48,165 nt of DNA, from positions 1 through 48,165 of the forward strand of contig JAKQBO010000020.1 in the NCBI GenBank assembly GCA_029559515.1, in the 5' to 3' direction. This stretch comes from a bacterium. GTDB lineage: Bacteria > Patescibacteriota > Minisyncoccia > Minisyncoccales > UBA1441. Position 1 is the first letter of the stretch. Each line of letters opens with the position of its first letter. Below, in pieces: positions 1 to 8,869 of the stretch. The translations under genes and the position numbers were made by a program. The notes beneath the pieces are model-generated. The model was given only the letters and a program-made list of their open reading frames with translations. It had not been told where the DNA came from and did not search any database.

Positions 1-3
1 AAA

Positions 4-780
4 TTATTCGGTCGCCAGTCTAATATCACCACATTGGCCGTTTAAATTTTCAACCACCCTCATAACATCATCAATTTTGGGTTCGTAGGCAGTAATAATA
101 TCGCCATTTTTAAGTTTGATAGTTACTAACTTACTATGGGTCTGAAATACGCTTTTTACTTCGCAATTATTAAGGGCAGCTAAAACTGTATTCCAGTTAC
201 TGTTGGTTTCATCTGTAAAGTTTCGACCATCAGGGGTAGTGCATTGTGGCGGGTTGGATTGCATAATTAAAAAACCGGCCTTAACACAATCATCAAAATT
301 TCTAATTGTAGCTAAAAGTTCATTACACCTTTCATGGCTCGCCATATCGCTTTTGGGCAGACATTCTTTTAATTCGTCGGCTAATTCAGCGTCTTCTTCA
401 ATTAAGTTTTCAGCAATACTCCACAAAGAATAATACCGGCTGTAATATCTATGATAAGCCACTGCGCTTGTTCTAGTTGGTGACTCAAAAAGATAAGCTG
501 ATCCCAGTTGTTCTGTAAAATCATAACCCTTTTCTCTCATTAAAGATTTGATTATCTCTGAGTTATTGCTTTTGGTGATGTATTTATTTTCTCCGACGTC
601 TAATTTAACAATATCTTTATCGCTAAAAGTTAACTGAGCAATCCCTTTAATTTGTGGCCCAGGATTGCCTTCCTGAAAAATTACTGGCGAGTAGAAAAAC
701 ATAAAAATACCCAGCAATAAAATAGTGACGGATACAAGTAATAAAATCTTTTTATTTTTTGATGAGTGTTCAAAAATCAT
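4..780 (-). CDS. Hypothetical membrane-anchored or exported protein (258 aa), function unknown
   Basis: Complete ORF. It has an N-terminal hydrophobic helix (KILLLVSVTILLLGIFMFFY) followed by a Cys-containing soluble part. No motif was recognised. It lies in a lower-GC segment than the rest of the window. Confidence 0.55.
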   Translation of the reverse strand: MIFEHSSKNKKILLLVSVTILLLGIFMFFYSPVIFQEGNPGPQIKGIAQLTFSDKDIVKLDVGENKYITKSNNSEIIKSLMREKGYDFTEQLGSAYLFESPTRTSAVAYHRYYSRYYSLWSIAENLIEEDAELADELKECLPKSDMASHERCNELLATIRNFDDCVKAGFLIMQSNPPQCTTPDGRNFTDETNSNWNTVLAALNNCEVKSVFQTHSKLVTIKLKNGDIITAYEPKIDDVMRVVENLNGQCGDIRLATE

Positions 781-786
781 AGTAGA

Positions 787-969
787 TTATTTTTTCTTTC
801 TACTCCTAATTACAATAACGACCGTGACAATCATTAGAATAAGGCCGATTCCTTGTAATCCGGGGCTATCATCAAATTCACCGAATACAATAAAAAATAT
901 TCCCAATAATATTGCTAGGATTTTCGGGATCCAGGATAAAAGTTTATTTTTTATATCATGAAAGCTCAT
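787..969 (-). CDS. Small two-helix membrane protein (60 aa)
   Basis: The ORF has two hydrophobic segments and a KKK C-terminus. It lies 6 nt upstream of the 258-aa ORF on the same strand. A TATAGT element sits 8 nt upstream of its ATG. Confidence 0.45.
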   Translation of the reverse strand: MSFHDIKNKLLSWIPKILAILLGIFFIVFGEFDDSPGLQGIGLILMIVTVVIVIRSRKKK

Positions 970-977
970 TGGCTTGC

Positions 978-1006
978 ACTATAGCTCAAAAATTAACTTG
1001 ATTGAA
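978..1006 (-). promoter_or_regulatory. Candidate promoter (TTCAAT-17-TATAGT) giving a near-leaderless transcript for the 60-aa ORF
   Basis: The minus strand reads TTCAAT (1006-1001), a 17-nt spacer, TATAGT (983-978), 8 nt, then ATG (969). Confidence 0.3.
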
Positions 1007-1024
1007 TAACCAATCCTTATAGCC

Positions 1025-1054
1025 AAAACAAAAACAGCGACTAAAAAGTCGTTG
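1025..1054 (-). terminator. Hairpin plus U-tract downstream of tRNA-Ser(UGA); possibly bidirectional
   Basis: The stem is 1035-1042 / 1047-1054 (CAGCGACT aaaa AGTCGTTG on the plus strand). It is flanked by A-runs (U-runs on the minus strand) at 1025-1034 and by T-runs on the plus side. Confidence 0.4.
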
Positions 1055-1131
1055 TTTTTATTTAACTATCGATGTACCCGGGTCGCACATTCGTTATAAA
1101 TAAATGGGTTGATTCCGATAATAAATTGTGT

Positions 1132-1218
1132 TGGCGGAGGGGGTGGGATTCGAACCCACGTGTCCCGAAGGACAGCGGTTTTCAAGACCGCCCGATTAAG
1201 CCACTTTCGTACCCCTCC
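1132..1218 (-). tRNA. tRNA-Ser (anticodon UGA), CCA encoded
   Basis: The reverse complement folds as a type II tRNA:
- Acceptor stem GGAGGGG/CCCCTCC.
- Anticodon stem-loop GCGGT-CTTGAAA-ACCGC.
- Long variable arm GTCC-TTCG-GGAC.
- T-arm GTGGG-TTCGAAT-CCCAC.
- 3-prime end G-CCA. Confidence 0.9.
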
Positions 1219-1278
1219 TGGCGATTTAATCTTAACTTAAAAATATAACCTTAACAACTACCATTCAATGTTTTACAA

Positions 1279-1304
1279 AGAAAAAACCGGAGCCTGTTCC
1301 GGTT
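1279..1304 (-). terminator. Intrinsic terminator after dcd
   Basis: The minus strand reads AACCGGA-acaggc-TCCGGTT followed by TTTTTTCTTT, 17 nt after the dcd stop. Confidence 0.6.
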
Positions 1305-1320
1305 TTTAATTTTTTTAAAT

Positions 1321-1890
1321 TTAATCTTCGTCAACAAAATTACGCCACATCTGGCTGGGCCGAGGGCGCTCATCGCCAACGTACTTGCTGCTGGGCTTAT
1401 CAGAATAAGGCTGCTGGCACTCTGAAGAGAGCTCTTCAAAGATCATCTGGGCAATCGGCATTCGATAATAAAGCAAAATAGGAATGTTGGCCGTATTATG
1501 CAGTTCCAAAGTCATTTTGAGGCTGTTGCCCGGATCAAGAAAGCCGGCGGTAACATGAATCAATAAGCCCATCCGCCCAACCGAGCTCTTGCCCTCCAGC
1601 CGGCCAACATAGCGTGAAGAAACCCCCGTCTTTTCATAGACTAAGCCCAGGGCAAACTCGCCCGGATGAAGAATCAATGGATGTTGTTCGTCGATTATTG
1701 TTTCATTCATTGCATTATCCAGTGATTTTTTAGGATCAATGACATAATTCTGCTCTGTGTTGAAAGTTAAAAAATAACGGTCCAGGTGCAGATCGACCGA
1801 GGCCGGCTGGAGATCTTTCGGATCAAAAGGATCAACGACAATTTCACCCTGCTGAATAGCTTTTTTAATATCTTGATCTGATAAAATCAT
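1321..1890 (-). CDS. dcd: dCTP deaminase (189 aa)
   Basis: The sequence MILSDQDIKKAIQQGEIVVDPF...PASVDLHL...G is typical of Dcd/dUTPase-fold enzymes. The start is set at ATG 1890 because the longer ORF (to 2004) runs through the tRNA-Ser(GCU) gene. Confidence 0.88.
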   Translation of the reverse strand: MILSDQDIKKAIQQGEIVVDPFDPKDLQPASVDLHLDRYFLTFNTEQNYVIDPKKSLDNAMNETIIDEQHPLILHPGEFALGLVYEKTGVSSRYVGRLEGKSSVGRMGLLIHVTAGFLDPGNSLKMTLELHNTANIPILLYYRMPIAQMIFEELSSECQQPYSDKPSSKYVGDERPRPSQMWRNFVDED

Positions 1891-1920
1891 AGTCTTTGTT
1901 TTATTTTTCAAACATCGGAC

Positions 1921-1945
1921 AAATAAAACCGGCGAGATTAGCCGG
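1921..1945 (-). terminator. Hairpin plus U-tract after tRNA-Ser(GCU)
   Basis: The minus strand reads CCGGC-taatctc-GCCGG followed by TTTTATTT. Confidence 0.45.
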
Positions 1946-1952
1946 CTGAAGA

Positions 1953-2042
<90 letters not shown>

Positions 2043-2110
2043 CAGGAAAAGTATAGCTGTTACCGAAAAATTAGGCAAACCCAAAAAGCCGGTTGGGCAA
2101 CTGATTTTAG

Positions 2111-4789
2111 TTATCCAACCGAAGCCGGCAGTTTCTTCCGCCGGCCAGTTACCCGAAAAGAAACTTCTTCGCCTTTCAGGTCGACCGAGACCGTGCTACC
2201 GTTAACCACCGCCCCGGTAATAATCTTTAAGGAGAGCGGATCGAGAATCAAGGACTGAATTTTTCTCCGGAGCGGCCGAGCTCCAAGGTCGTGATCAAAT
2301 CCAGCCTCGGCCAAATATTTCTTCAACCGGGTCGAAAACTTTACCTCAACCCCCTTGGCCTGGCGGAGACGCTGAGCAACTTTATCCAGCTCTAAATCCA
2401 CTATCTGGCTAATCTCCTGACTGCCCAGATAGTTAAAGACAATGATATCGTCTAGTCGGTTCAAAAACTCCGGCCGGAAATATTCTTTTAATGCTTCATT
2501 TACCTTTTCCTCCATCTGACGCTGTTCCGATTCATTCTGCCCGACACCAAATCCTAGCGGACCGGCCTCCTGAATATATTCCGAGCCGATGTTTGAAGTC
2601 ATAACAATAATAGTGTTTTTGAAGGAGACTACCCGACCCTGAGAGTCAGTCAACCGCCCGTCTTCAAAAATCTGCAGCAATAAATTAAAGAAGTCCTGAT
2701 GGGCTTTCTCAATTTCATCCAGCAGAATAATGCTGTAGGGGCGGCGCCGGATCTTTTCAGTTAACTGACCGCCCTCCTCATAGCCAACATAGCCTGGCGG
2801 CGAGCCGATGGCCTTGGCCACGCTGTGTTGTTCCATATATTCTGACATATCCAGCCGGACCATCGCCTCTTCGTCATTAAATAAAAACTCAGCCAGAGAC
2901 CGGGCCAGCTCAGTTTTGCCAACGCCCGTCGGGCCCAGGAATAAAAACACTCCCATCGGGCGGTTTTGATCGCCGATCCCGGCCCGGCTGCGCCGAATAG
3001 CTCGGGTGACTGCCGAGATAGCATGGTTCTGGCCAATAACCCGGCGCCCAATGATCTTCTCCATGTCTTCAAGCCTCTTCGCCTCCTCGTCAATCATCTT
3101 GGTGACCGGGATGCCGGTCCAGCGAGAGACTACTTCGGCAATGCTCTCTTCGGTCACCTCTTCCTCAGACAAAGAGTGCTCTTTTTGGAATTTAACCAGT
3201 TTCTTTTCTTGCTGGCTAAGCTCTTTCTTCAGCTCAGGAATTTGTCCGTATTTAATCTCGGCCACTTTTTGCAGGTCGCCCTCTCGCTGAGCCATGTCGG
3301 CCTTTAACAAGAGTCCGTCAATTTCATTCCGCAACTCCTTGATCCGACGAATCATCTTCTTTTCGGCCCCCCACTTGCTGTCAATTTCTTTAACCTTCTC
3401 GTTTAAATCGGCCAGTTCTCTCTCAATTGCCTTCAGCCGGTTTTGGAACTCTTTACTCCGTTCATCCTTGAGGGCCTGTTTCTCGACCTTCAGACGAGCA
3501 ATCTCTTGGCGATAAGAATCCAGCTTCTCCGGCTCTGACTCTAGTTCTAATCTTAAGGCTGAAGCCGCTTCATCAATCAGATCAATCGCCTTGTCTGGCA
3601 AATAGCGATCGGCGATATAGCGCTGGCTTAAATAGACAGCACTTCTTAAAGCCGCATCGCTAATTTTAACCCCATGGTGTAATTCGTAGCGTTCTTTAAT
3701 ACCACGAAGAATATTAATAGCGTTTTCAACAGTTGGCTCGTTGACCTGGACCATTTGAAAACGTCTCTCCAGCGCCCGGTCTTTCTCGACATACTTTTGG
3801 TATTCAACCAGGGTGGTCGCCCCGACTGTTCTCAGTTCTCCCCGGGCCAAAGCCGGTTTAAGTAAATTAGAGGCGTCGATCGCTCCCTCGGCTGCCCCGG
3901 CCCCCACAATGGTGTGAAGCTCGTCGATAAATAATATATATTTCCCCTTGGCGCTTCTGATTTCATTTATTAGTGCCTTGATCCGATGCTCAAACTCTCC
4001 CCGATACTTGGTCCCGGCAATTAGAGCTCCCAAGTCTAGAGCAATAACCCGCTTATCTTTCAACGACTCGGGAACATTGCCGCTAATAATACGCTGGGCC
4101 AGTCCTTCAACGATCGCAGTTTTGCCGACGCCGGCCTCGCCAACTAGAACCGGGTTGTTTTTAGTCCGGCGGCTTAAAATCTGCATTACCCGCCGAATTT
4201 CTTCGTCTCGGCCGATCACCGGATCCAGTTTGCCTTCTTCGGCTAATTTGGTTAAGTCGCGAGTATATTTCTTAATCACCTGATATTTACTCTCAGGATT
4301 GGGGTCGTCAACCTGGCTGTCACCGCGCAACTTAGCCAGAGTCGCCAAAAACGATTCCTGGTTAAGACCAGGCTGATTAGTTAAAACTTCCCGAGCCTGG
4401 CTTTCTGTCTCGAGCAGTGCCAAAAAAAGATGTTCAGTTGAGATAAACTGGTCTTTCATCTGAACCGCAATCTTCTTAGCCGCCGCGAGAACTTGAGCTA
4501 GGTCTTGGGTTAAATAAAACTGGCCGGCCATTCCTTCAGCCGCTTCCACTTTTGGAATTTGGTCAATCAAGCGAGCTGTTTTTTCTTGAATTTTTTCCAA
4601 ATCAATCCCCATCTCTCTCAAGCACAAAACCACCATGCTCTCCGGCTGAGAGAGCAAAGCCTTTAATAGATGCAAGGCATCTATTCTCTGCTGGCTGTTC
4701 TGAGTAGCAATCGCGCGAGCCTTAATAATCGCTTGCTGAGAGTTGTGGGTGAAGTCACCACCACCAACCCCCTCATAACCTTCCATCAT
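2111..4789 (-). CDS. clpB: ClpB disaggregase (AAA+ chaperone, 892 aa)
   Basis: It has a Clp N-domain and two Walker A boxes ([16 protein letters not shown]). A long coiled-coil middle domain lies between the two AAA modules. Confidence 0.95.
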   Translation of the reverse strand: MMEGYEGVGGGDFTHNSQQAIIKARAIATQNSQQRIDALHLLKALLSQPESMVVLCLREMGIDLEKIQEKTARLIDQIPKVEAAEGMAGQFYLTQDLAQVLAAAKKIAVQMKDQFISTEHLFLALLETESQAREVLTNQPGLNQESFLATLAKLRGDSQVDDPNPESKYQVIKKYTRDLTKLAEEGKLDPVIGRDEEIRRVMQILSRRTKNNPVLVGEAGVGKTAIVEGLAQRIISGNVPESLKDKRVIALDLGALIAGTKYRGEFEHRIKALINEIRSAKGKYILFIDELHTIVGAGAAEGAIDASNLLKPALARGELRTVGATTLVEYQKYVEKDRALERRFQMVQVNEPTVENAINILRGIKERYELHHGVKISDAALRSAVYLSQRYIADRYLPDKAIDLIDEAASALRLELESEPEKLDSYRQEIARLKVEKQALKDERSKEFQNRLKAIERELADLNEKVKEIDSKWGAEKKMIRRIKELRNEIDGLLLKADMAQREGDLQKVAEIKYGQIPELKKELSQQEKKLVKFQKEHSLSEEEVTEESIAEVVSRWTGIPVTKMIDEEAKRLEDMEKIIGRRVIGQNHAISAVTRAIRRSRAGIGDQNRPMGVFLFLGPTGVGKTELARSLAEFLFNDEEAMVRLDMSEYMEQHSVAKAIGSPPGYVGYEEGGQLTEKIRRRPYSIILLDEIEKAHQDFFNLLLQIFEDGRLTDSQGRVVSFKNTIIVMTSNIGSEYIQEAGPLGFGVGQNESEQRQMEEKVNEALKEYFRPEFLNRLDDIIVFNYLGSQEISQIVDLELDKVAQRLRQAKGVEVKFSTRLKKYLAEAGFDHDLGARPLRRKIQSLILDPLSLKIITGAVVNGSTVSVDLKGEEVSFRVTGRRKKLPASVG

Positions 4790-4841
4790 AAATAGGTTAT
4801 TAGTCTAATAAATTGTGGCACAGATAGGTAGAGCGTCAAGC

Positions 4842-6086
4842 TTAACCTTCGCGCTGACCCAAGCTGCCTTCCAGAGTTAAAATTTGCCCTTGCCGCCATA
4901 CTTTCAGAATTATCTGATCCCCCGGATCATACTCCTGGATTATCCGCCCCAGCATCTGATCCGCCGTTACTTTCTGGCCGTTGAATTCTAGAATCACGTC
5001 GCCTTCTTTCAAGCCCATTGCCTCAGCTGTCGATCCCGACATAACCGAGACGCCTGATTGAGGGTCTTGGATAATCAGAGCCCCGTAATCATAGTCCAGC
5101 TGGTGCTCTTCCTGAATGTCCTGATCAACCATAACGTAGCTGATGCCTAAGAAGGGATAGACTATTCGTCCGGTCTCCTGGAATGACTTAATCGCTCTCT
5201 TAGCCTGATTAATAGGGATGGCAAAGCCAACATTTTGAGCCTGCTCAGCCATAGCTACATTAACGCCGACGACTTGGCCGTTGAGGTCGAGCAGCGGACC
5301 GCCAGAATTTCCATGATTAATAGCCGCGTCGGTTTGAATAAGGTCGGTTAAAACATCGCTGTAGCCAAACCCATAAGCGCTAACCATTCGACTTAATCCA
5401 GAGATAATTCCGGTTGAAACCGTTCCTTCAAACTGACCAAGGGCATTGCCAATGGCTAAAACTGTCTGGCCGGGAACTAATTGATCCGAATCGCCCAACT
5501 CTAATACCGGAAAACCATCTCCCTCGACTTTCATTAGAGCCAGATCGTGCAGGGGATCCCGCGCTAAAACCTGAGCCGGATAAGTTTCATTGTCAATCGT
5601 GACCACTTGATAATCTGCATCTTCATCCAAAACAACATGTTTATTAGTTAAAATAAGTCCATCAGCCGAGATAAAGAATCCGGTTCCGTGACTAACCTCC
5701 TGACGGACACTAGGTTCCACCGGTTGATAAAACCAGCCCCAGCCGTAAAGGAAGGGATCCACGGCCACTTCTCGAGTAACGACTACGCTAACCACCCCCG
5801 GCAGAGCCTGGTTGGCTGACTCAATCACTCGCTCCTCATGAGTCGTCTGCGGAACATAATGAATCGTCTCTTGGTGAATAACTTCTGGTTGCCGCTCAAT
5901 GACCAGCGACGGAATTTTATCTTCTAAAACTTCGATGGGCAGCCAGATTTGAGCCGTTAGGCCGCCTAAAAAGCCAAAAATCCCAGCCAGAATTATAACC
6001 AGCAAATCCCGCCAACCTATTCTTCGGCCAGCCTTTTCCGGCCTCGCCGCCTCTTGAGAAATCTGATTGTTGATTGGTTCCTCCAT
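4842..6086 (-). CDS. htrA: HtrA/DegP-family serine protease with C-terminal PDZ domain (414 aa)
   Basis: It has an N-terminal TM anchor and trypsin-fold motifs (TNKHVV, GNSGGPLL). A PDZ-like C-terminus is present (GLKEGDVILEFNGQKV). Confidence 0.9.
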   Translation of the reverse strand: MEEPINNQISQEAARPEKAGRRIGWRDLLVIILAGIFGFLGGLTAQIWLPIEVLEDKIPSLVIERQPEVIHQETIHYVPQTTHEERVIESANQALPGVVSVVVTREVAVDPFLYGWGWFYQPVEPSVRQEVSHGTGFFISADGLILTNKHVVLDEDADYQVVTIDNETYPAQVLARDPLHDLALMKVEGDGFPVLELGDSDQLVPGQTVLAIGNALGQFEGTVSTGIISGLSRMVSAYGFGYSDVLTDLIQTDAAINHGNSGGPLLDLNGQVVGVNVAMAEQAQNVGFAIPINQAKRAIKSFQETGRIVYPFLGISYVMVDQDIQEEHQLDYDYGALIIQDPQSGVSVMSGSTAEAMGLKEGDVILEFNGQKVTADQMLGRIIQEYDPGDQIILKVWRQGQILTLEGSLGQREG

Positions 6087-6132
6087 AAATTATCTGAAAA
6101 TAAAAATATCGCTTTTAGCCCGTCTTGTCAAA

Positions 6133-8859
6133 TCAGCGACTGTAACGGATGTTGTCCAAGTAAAAGCTGAATTGAGAAGAGTGACGATAAGAATTGAATA
6201 TGATTTTATCGTAGCGGCCCTTGCTTCGCTGTTCGGCCGACAGGTTGGAAACGTCAAAGCTGTGCATTTCAAACGTATCCGCTTCTTGAACATCGGGCAC
6301 CAAATCTAAATCCAGAACCCGGACTATCTGAGCCGGTTTGGTCTTCAATAATAGGTAGAAATAGTTTTGATCAACCGTCATGCTTTGGCAAACATCCTCT
6401 CCCGCGGCCAAGGTTTTGGTAGTGGTTGTCGCAAAACTGTCTTTATCGAGACGAACCAGCTTGGCCGGCGAGGTCCCCAGGCAGATATAGACTGATTCGT
6501 CTAACTCTAATAAGCTGGCCGGACTGTCTTCATTAACAAACAGAGTCTTAACTAAAGTATTGGAAAAATCTCTTTTATCGATGCGAACAATTGTTCCGGG
6601 CCGACCGACCAAGCCTGCATAAATAAATTTTTCGTCCTGAGCCAAGTCAACCACCTTCGCCCCGCCCGTCTCCAGCTCTTTAGTCTCAACAGAATTCAAG
6701 TCTTCCTTGTTAATCCTTAAGATCCTAATGGGCTGAGTGTCTAAGCTGACATAAAGATAATTTTCATCCTGGGTCAGGCTGCCAATGCTATCAATGTTGC
6801 GGGGAAAATCAGTCGCCCCCACCTCTGAAAGATCGCTTTTGTCAATTTTTAGAACGCCCCCGGGCCGATGGGAATAGCCAACATATAAATAGTTTTGATC
6901 AGCTATAATTTTAGCAACTTGATAGTCCTGAAAAGAATTAGAGATGACTGAAAAATCACTCTTATCTATTTTTGCAACGTAGCCCGGGCGAGCTGAAAAG
7001 GTTCCGTAAAGATACTGTTCGTCCTGAGTTAAATCAGCCAAAGCATCAAACCCTTTCGGCAATGTTTTATAAAATACGCTCGAGAAGTCTTTTTTATCGG
7101 CCCGGGCAATAATGCTCGGCGAGGCAGAAAGTCCAATGTAAAGATAATCCCGATCATTGATAATTCGAACCGGATTATCAGCCGAGGCAATAAATTCTTT
7201 CAAAAGCCGGTACCGTTCGAGGTCTGGATCATCAAAGATGGCTTTGTTTAATCGGATAATCTTAGCGGGCTCAGTATCAAAAGCTAAAAACAGATGTTGG
7301 CCCTGACCAACCAGGTCGTAGGCCGGATGATCGCCCGGAGCCAAACTGACAGTGGTCATCAAAAGCGTTTCTTTATCAATCCGGGTCACCTGAGCCGGCG
7401 AAGTGTCAGAAACGAGGTAAATAAAGTTTTGATCCTGGCTAATGCCCCGCCCCGTAGCCGGAATAATTTTGGCCACCGCGGTAAAGTCCTGCTTAGAGAC
7501 ACGCACCATCCTCGCCGGACGGGTGCTCAAAAACAGATAAAGAAAGCTTTCATCCTGGGTCACCCCGTAAGCCGAATCCTCGCCCACGGTTAACGACCCC
7601 CTAGCCAGGCTTTGGTTCTGCTTATTGACTTTAACAATCTGAGTGGGCGAAGTATCGAGCACCGCATAAACATTTTCACTGTCGTTGATTAAAGAAATAA
7701 CTCTGTTGGCTGAAGCCTGCAGGGACAAAACGCTGGTGGTTAAATTACTCTTATCAAGCCGAATTATTTGGGCCGACCCAGTCCCGAGCCCGATGTAAAG
7801 ATAATCTTCATCTTGGGTTAATGAGCTGACGATATTCTGACCGCTGTCCAAAGCAATTGTTCGCGTAGTCACAAAATCGGACTTTGATAATCGAACGATT
7901 TTCCCGGGCGTCGTCTTTAAGCCGACATAGATGTAATTGTCGTCATTGACTAATGAGGCAATCTTATCCTCGCCGACAGCCAGAGTTTTGGTCTCGGCTC
8001 GAGAAAAATCACCCCGGTCGATTCGAATAATTTTTGCCGGACTAGTGTCAAGCCCGATATAGACATACTCGTCGTCCTCATCGATTGCCCGGGCCCGGTC
8101 TTCACCGGAAGAAAGAAAACTTGACTGGCTGAAGAATCCGAGCACTTTTTCGCCCGGCTCGCTTTGATTGATATCAAGCCGAATTTCATTAGCCGTTAAA
8201 AGATCAATCACTCCCAGTTCGCCGAACACGCTAGCTTGATGGCCGTCTCCTTTGATTGAAATATAATTGGCGGCCTGGCCGGCTGTTCGGATATTTTGGG
8301 AAATACTGACTTGAATCTGGTCGGAATCAGAGCTAATGAAAGGATGATCACAATTTTGAATCACCACCTCTTGCGGCCGAGTGCCAGTCCAGGCGATATC
8401 GTGGCCGTCTTCAGAATGGATGCTGATAAAATTTCCTTCGCCCGTTTCGCGAGACGCAAAAACCCGGTACTCTGAACCGTTGTCCTTAGTCTTATAAAAA
8501 TAAGTATAGGTCTCCATAGCCCCTCCCAAGAAGTAGGTCTGAGGATAGAGGGGATCTCTGGGAATGCCACCCGGCAAATATTCTCTTAATTCATCTTCTA
8601 AACCGAGGTCTTCCTCCAGTCGAGCGCCACTATCTCTCTTGGGAAAACTCCCCCGATCAACTCGGTAGGCTTCGAGCGCCTGCCTAATTTGAGCCAAATC
8701 AGCCTCTCGCTGAGCGTCGCGAGCCAGAGCTTGATTGTAGTTAACAACTAAATAGATAGAAACCCCGGCCAAGATCACAACCAAAACTCCGGCCACTACT
8801 TCAACTAGGGTAATTCTAATTTTTTTCTTGGTAGGTGAAGACATAAGCCTTACCGTCAT
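6133..8859 (-). CDS. Giant pilin-like protein (908 aa): GspG/type IV pilin-like N-terminal helix plus 14 tandem ~44-aa beta-propeller-type repeats
   Basis: The N-terminus KKKIRITLVEVVAGVLVVILAG...RDAQREADLAQIRQALEAYRVDRGSFP...YLPGGIPRDP matches the prepilin/pseudopilin architecture. Residues ~255-852 carry 14 repeats of the pattern D-x-x-Y/F-hYhGh-x-T/S-x-P-x-x-IhRhDK-x-DF. Confidence 0.85.
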   Translation of the reverse strand: MTVRLMSSPTKKKIRITLVEVVAGVLVVILAGVSIYLVVNYNQALARDAQREADLAQIRQALEAYRVDRGSFPKRDSGARLEEDLGLEDELREYLPGGIPRDPLYPQTYFLGGAMETYTYFYKTKDNGSEYRVFASRETGEGNFISIHSEDGHDIAWTGTRPQEVVIQNCDHPFISSDSDQIQVSISQNIRTAGQAANYISIKGDGHQASVFGELGVIDLLTANEIRLDINQSEPGEKVLGFFSQSSFLSSGEDRARAIDEDDEYVYIGLDTSPAKIIRIDRGDFSRAETKTLAVGEDKIASLVNDDNYIYVGLKTTPGKIVRLSKSDFVTTRTIALDSGQNIVSSLTQDEDYLYIGLGTGSAQIIRLDKSNLTTSVLSLQASANRVISLINDSENVYAVLDTSPTQIVKVNKQNQSLARGSLTVGEDSAYGVTQDESFLYLFLSTRPARMVRVSKQDFTAVAKIIPATGRGISQDQNFIYLVSDTSPAQVTRIDKETLLMTTVSLAPGDHPAYDLVGQGQHLFLAFDTEPAKIIRLNKAIFDDPDLERYRLLKEFIASADNPVRIINDRDYLYIGLSASPSIIARADKKDFSSVFYKTLPKGFDALADLTQDEQYLYGTFSARPGYVAKIDKSDFSVISNSFQDYQVAKIIADQNYLYVGYSHRPGGVLKIDKSDLSEVGATDFPRNIDSIGSLTQDENYLYVSLDTQPIRILRINKEDLNSVETKELETGGAKVVDLAQDEKFIYAGLVGRPGTIVRIDKRDFSNTLVKTLFVNEDSPASLLELDESVYICLGTSPAKLVRLDKDSFATTTTKTLAAGEDVCQSMTVDQNYFYLLLKTKPAQIVRVLDLDLVPDVQEADTFEMHSFDVSNLSAEQRSKGRYDKIIFNSYRHSSQFSFYLDNIRYSR

Positions 8860-8869
8860 CTAGTTCATT

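Noticed and set aside
1251-1439. A 62-aa minus-strand ORF overlapping the dcd 3-prime end and terminator.
   Set aside because: It is out of frame with dcd, spans the terminator hairpin and has no recognisable features.
2761-4283. Several 73-113 aa ORFs on both strands inside clpB: 2761-3093, 2966-3307, 3006-3290, 3294-3515 and 3948-4283.
   Set aside because: They lie fully inside, and out of frame with or antisense to, a ClpB gene supported by strong motifs. Their translations are low-complexity Ser/Arg/Leu-rich strings, typical of shadow ORFs.
4790-4841. A possible heat-shock operator (CIRCE/HAIR) or clear promoter upstream of clpB.
   Set aside because: No TTAGCACTC-N9-GAGTGCTAA-like inverted repeat is present. 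Only a weak TTGACG with no convincing -10 at proper spacing was seen, which is not supportable.
6304-8097. Periodic repetition (~132 nt) that could suggest a CRISPR array or satellite repeat.
   Set aside because: The periodicity exists only at the protein level, as 14 diverged ~44-aa blades inside one long ORF. There are no conserved DNA direct repeats with unique spacers.
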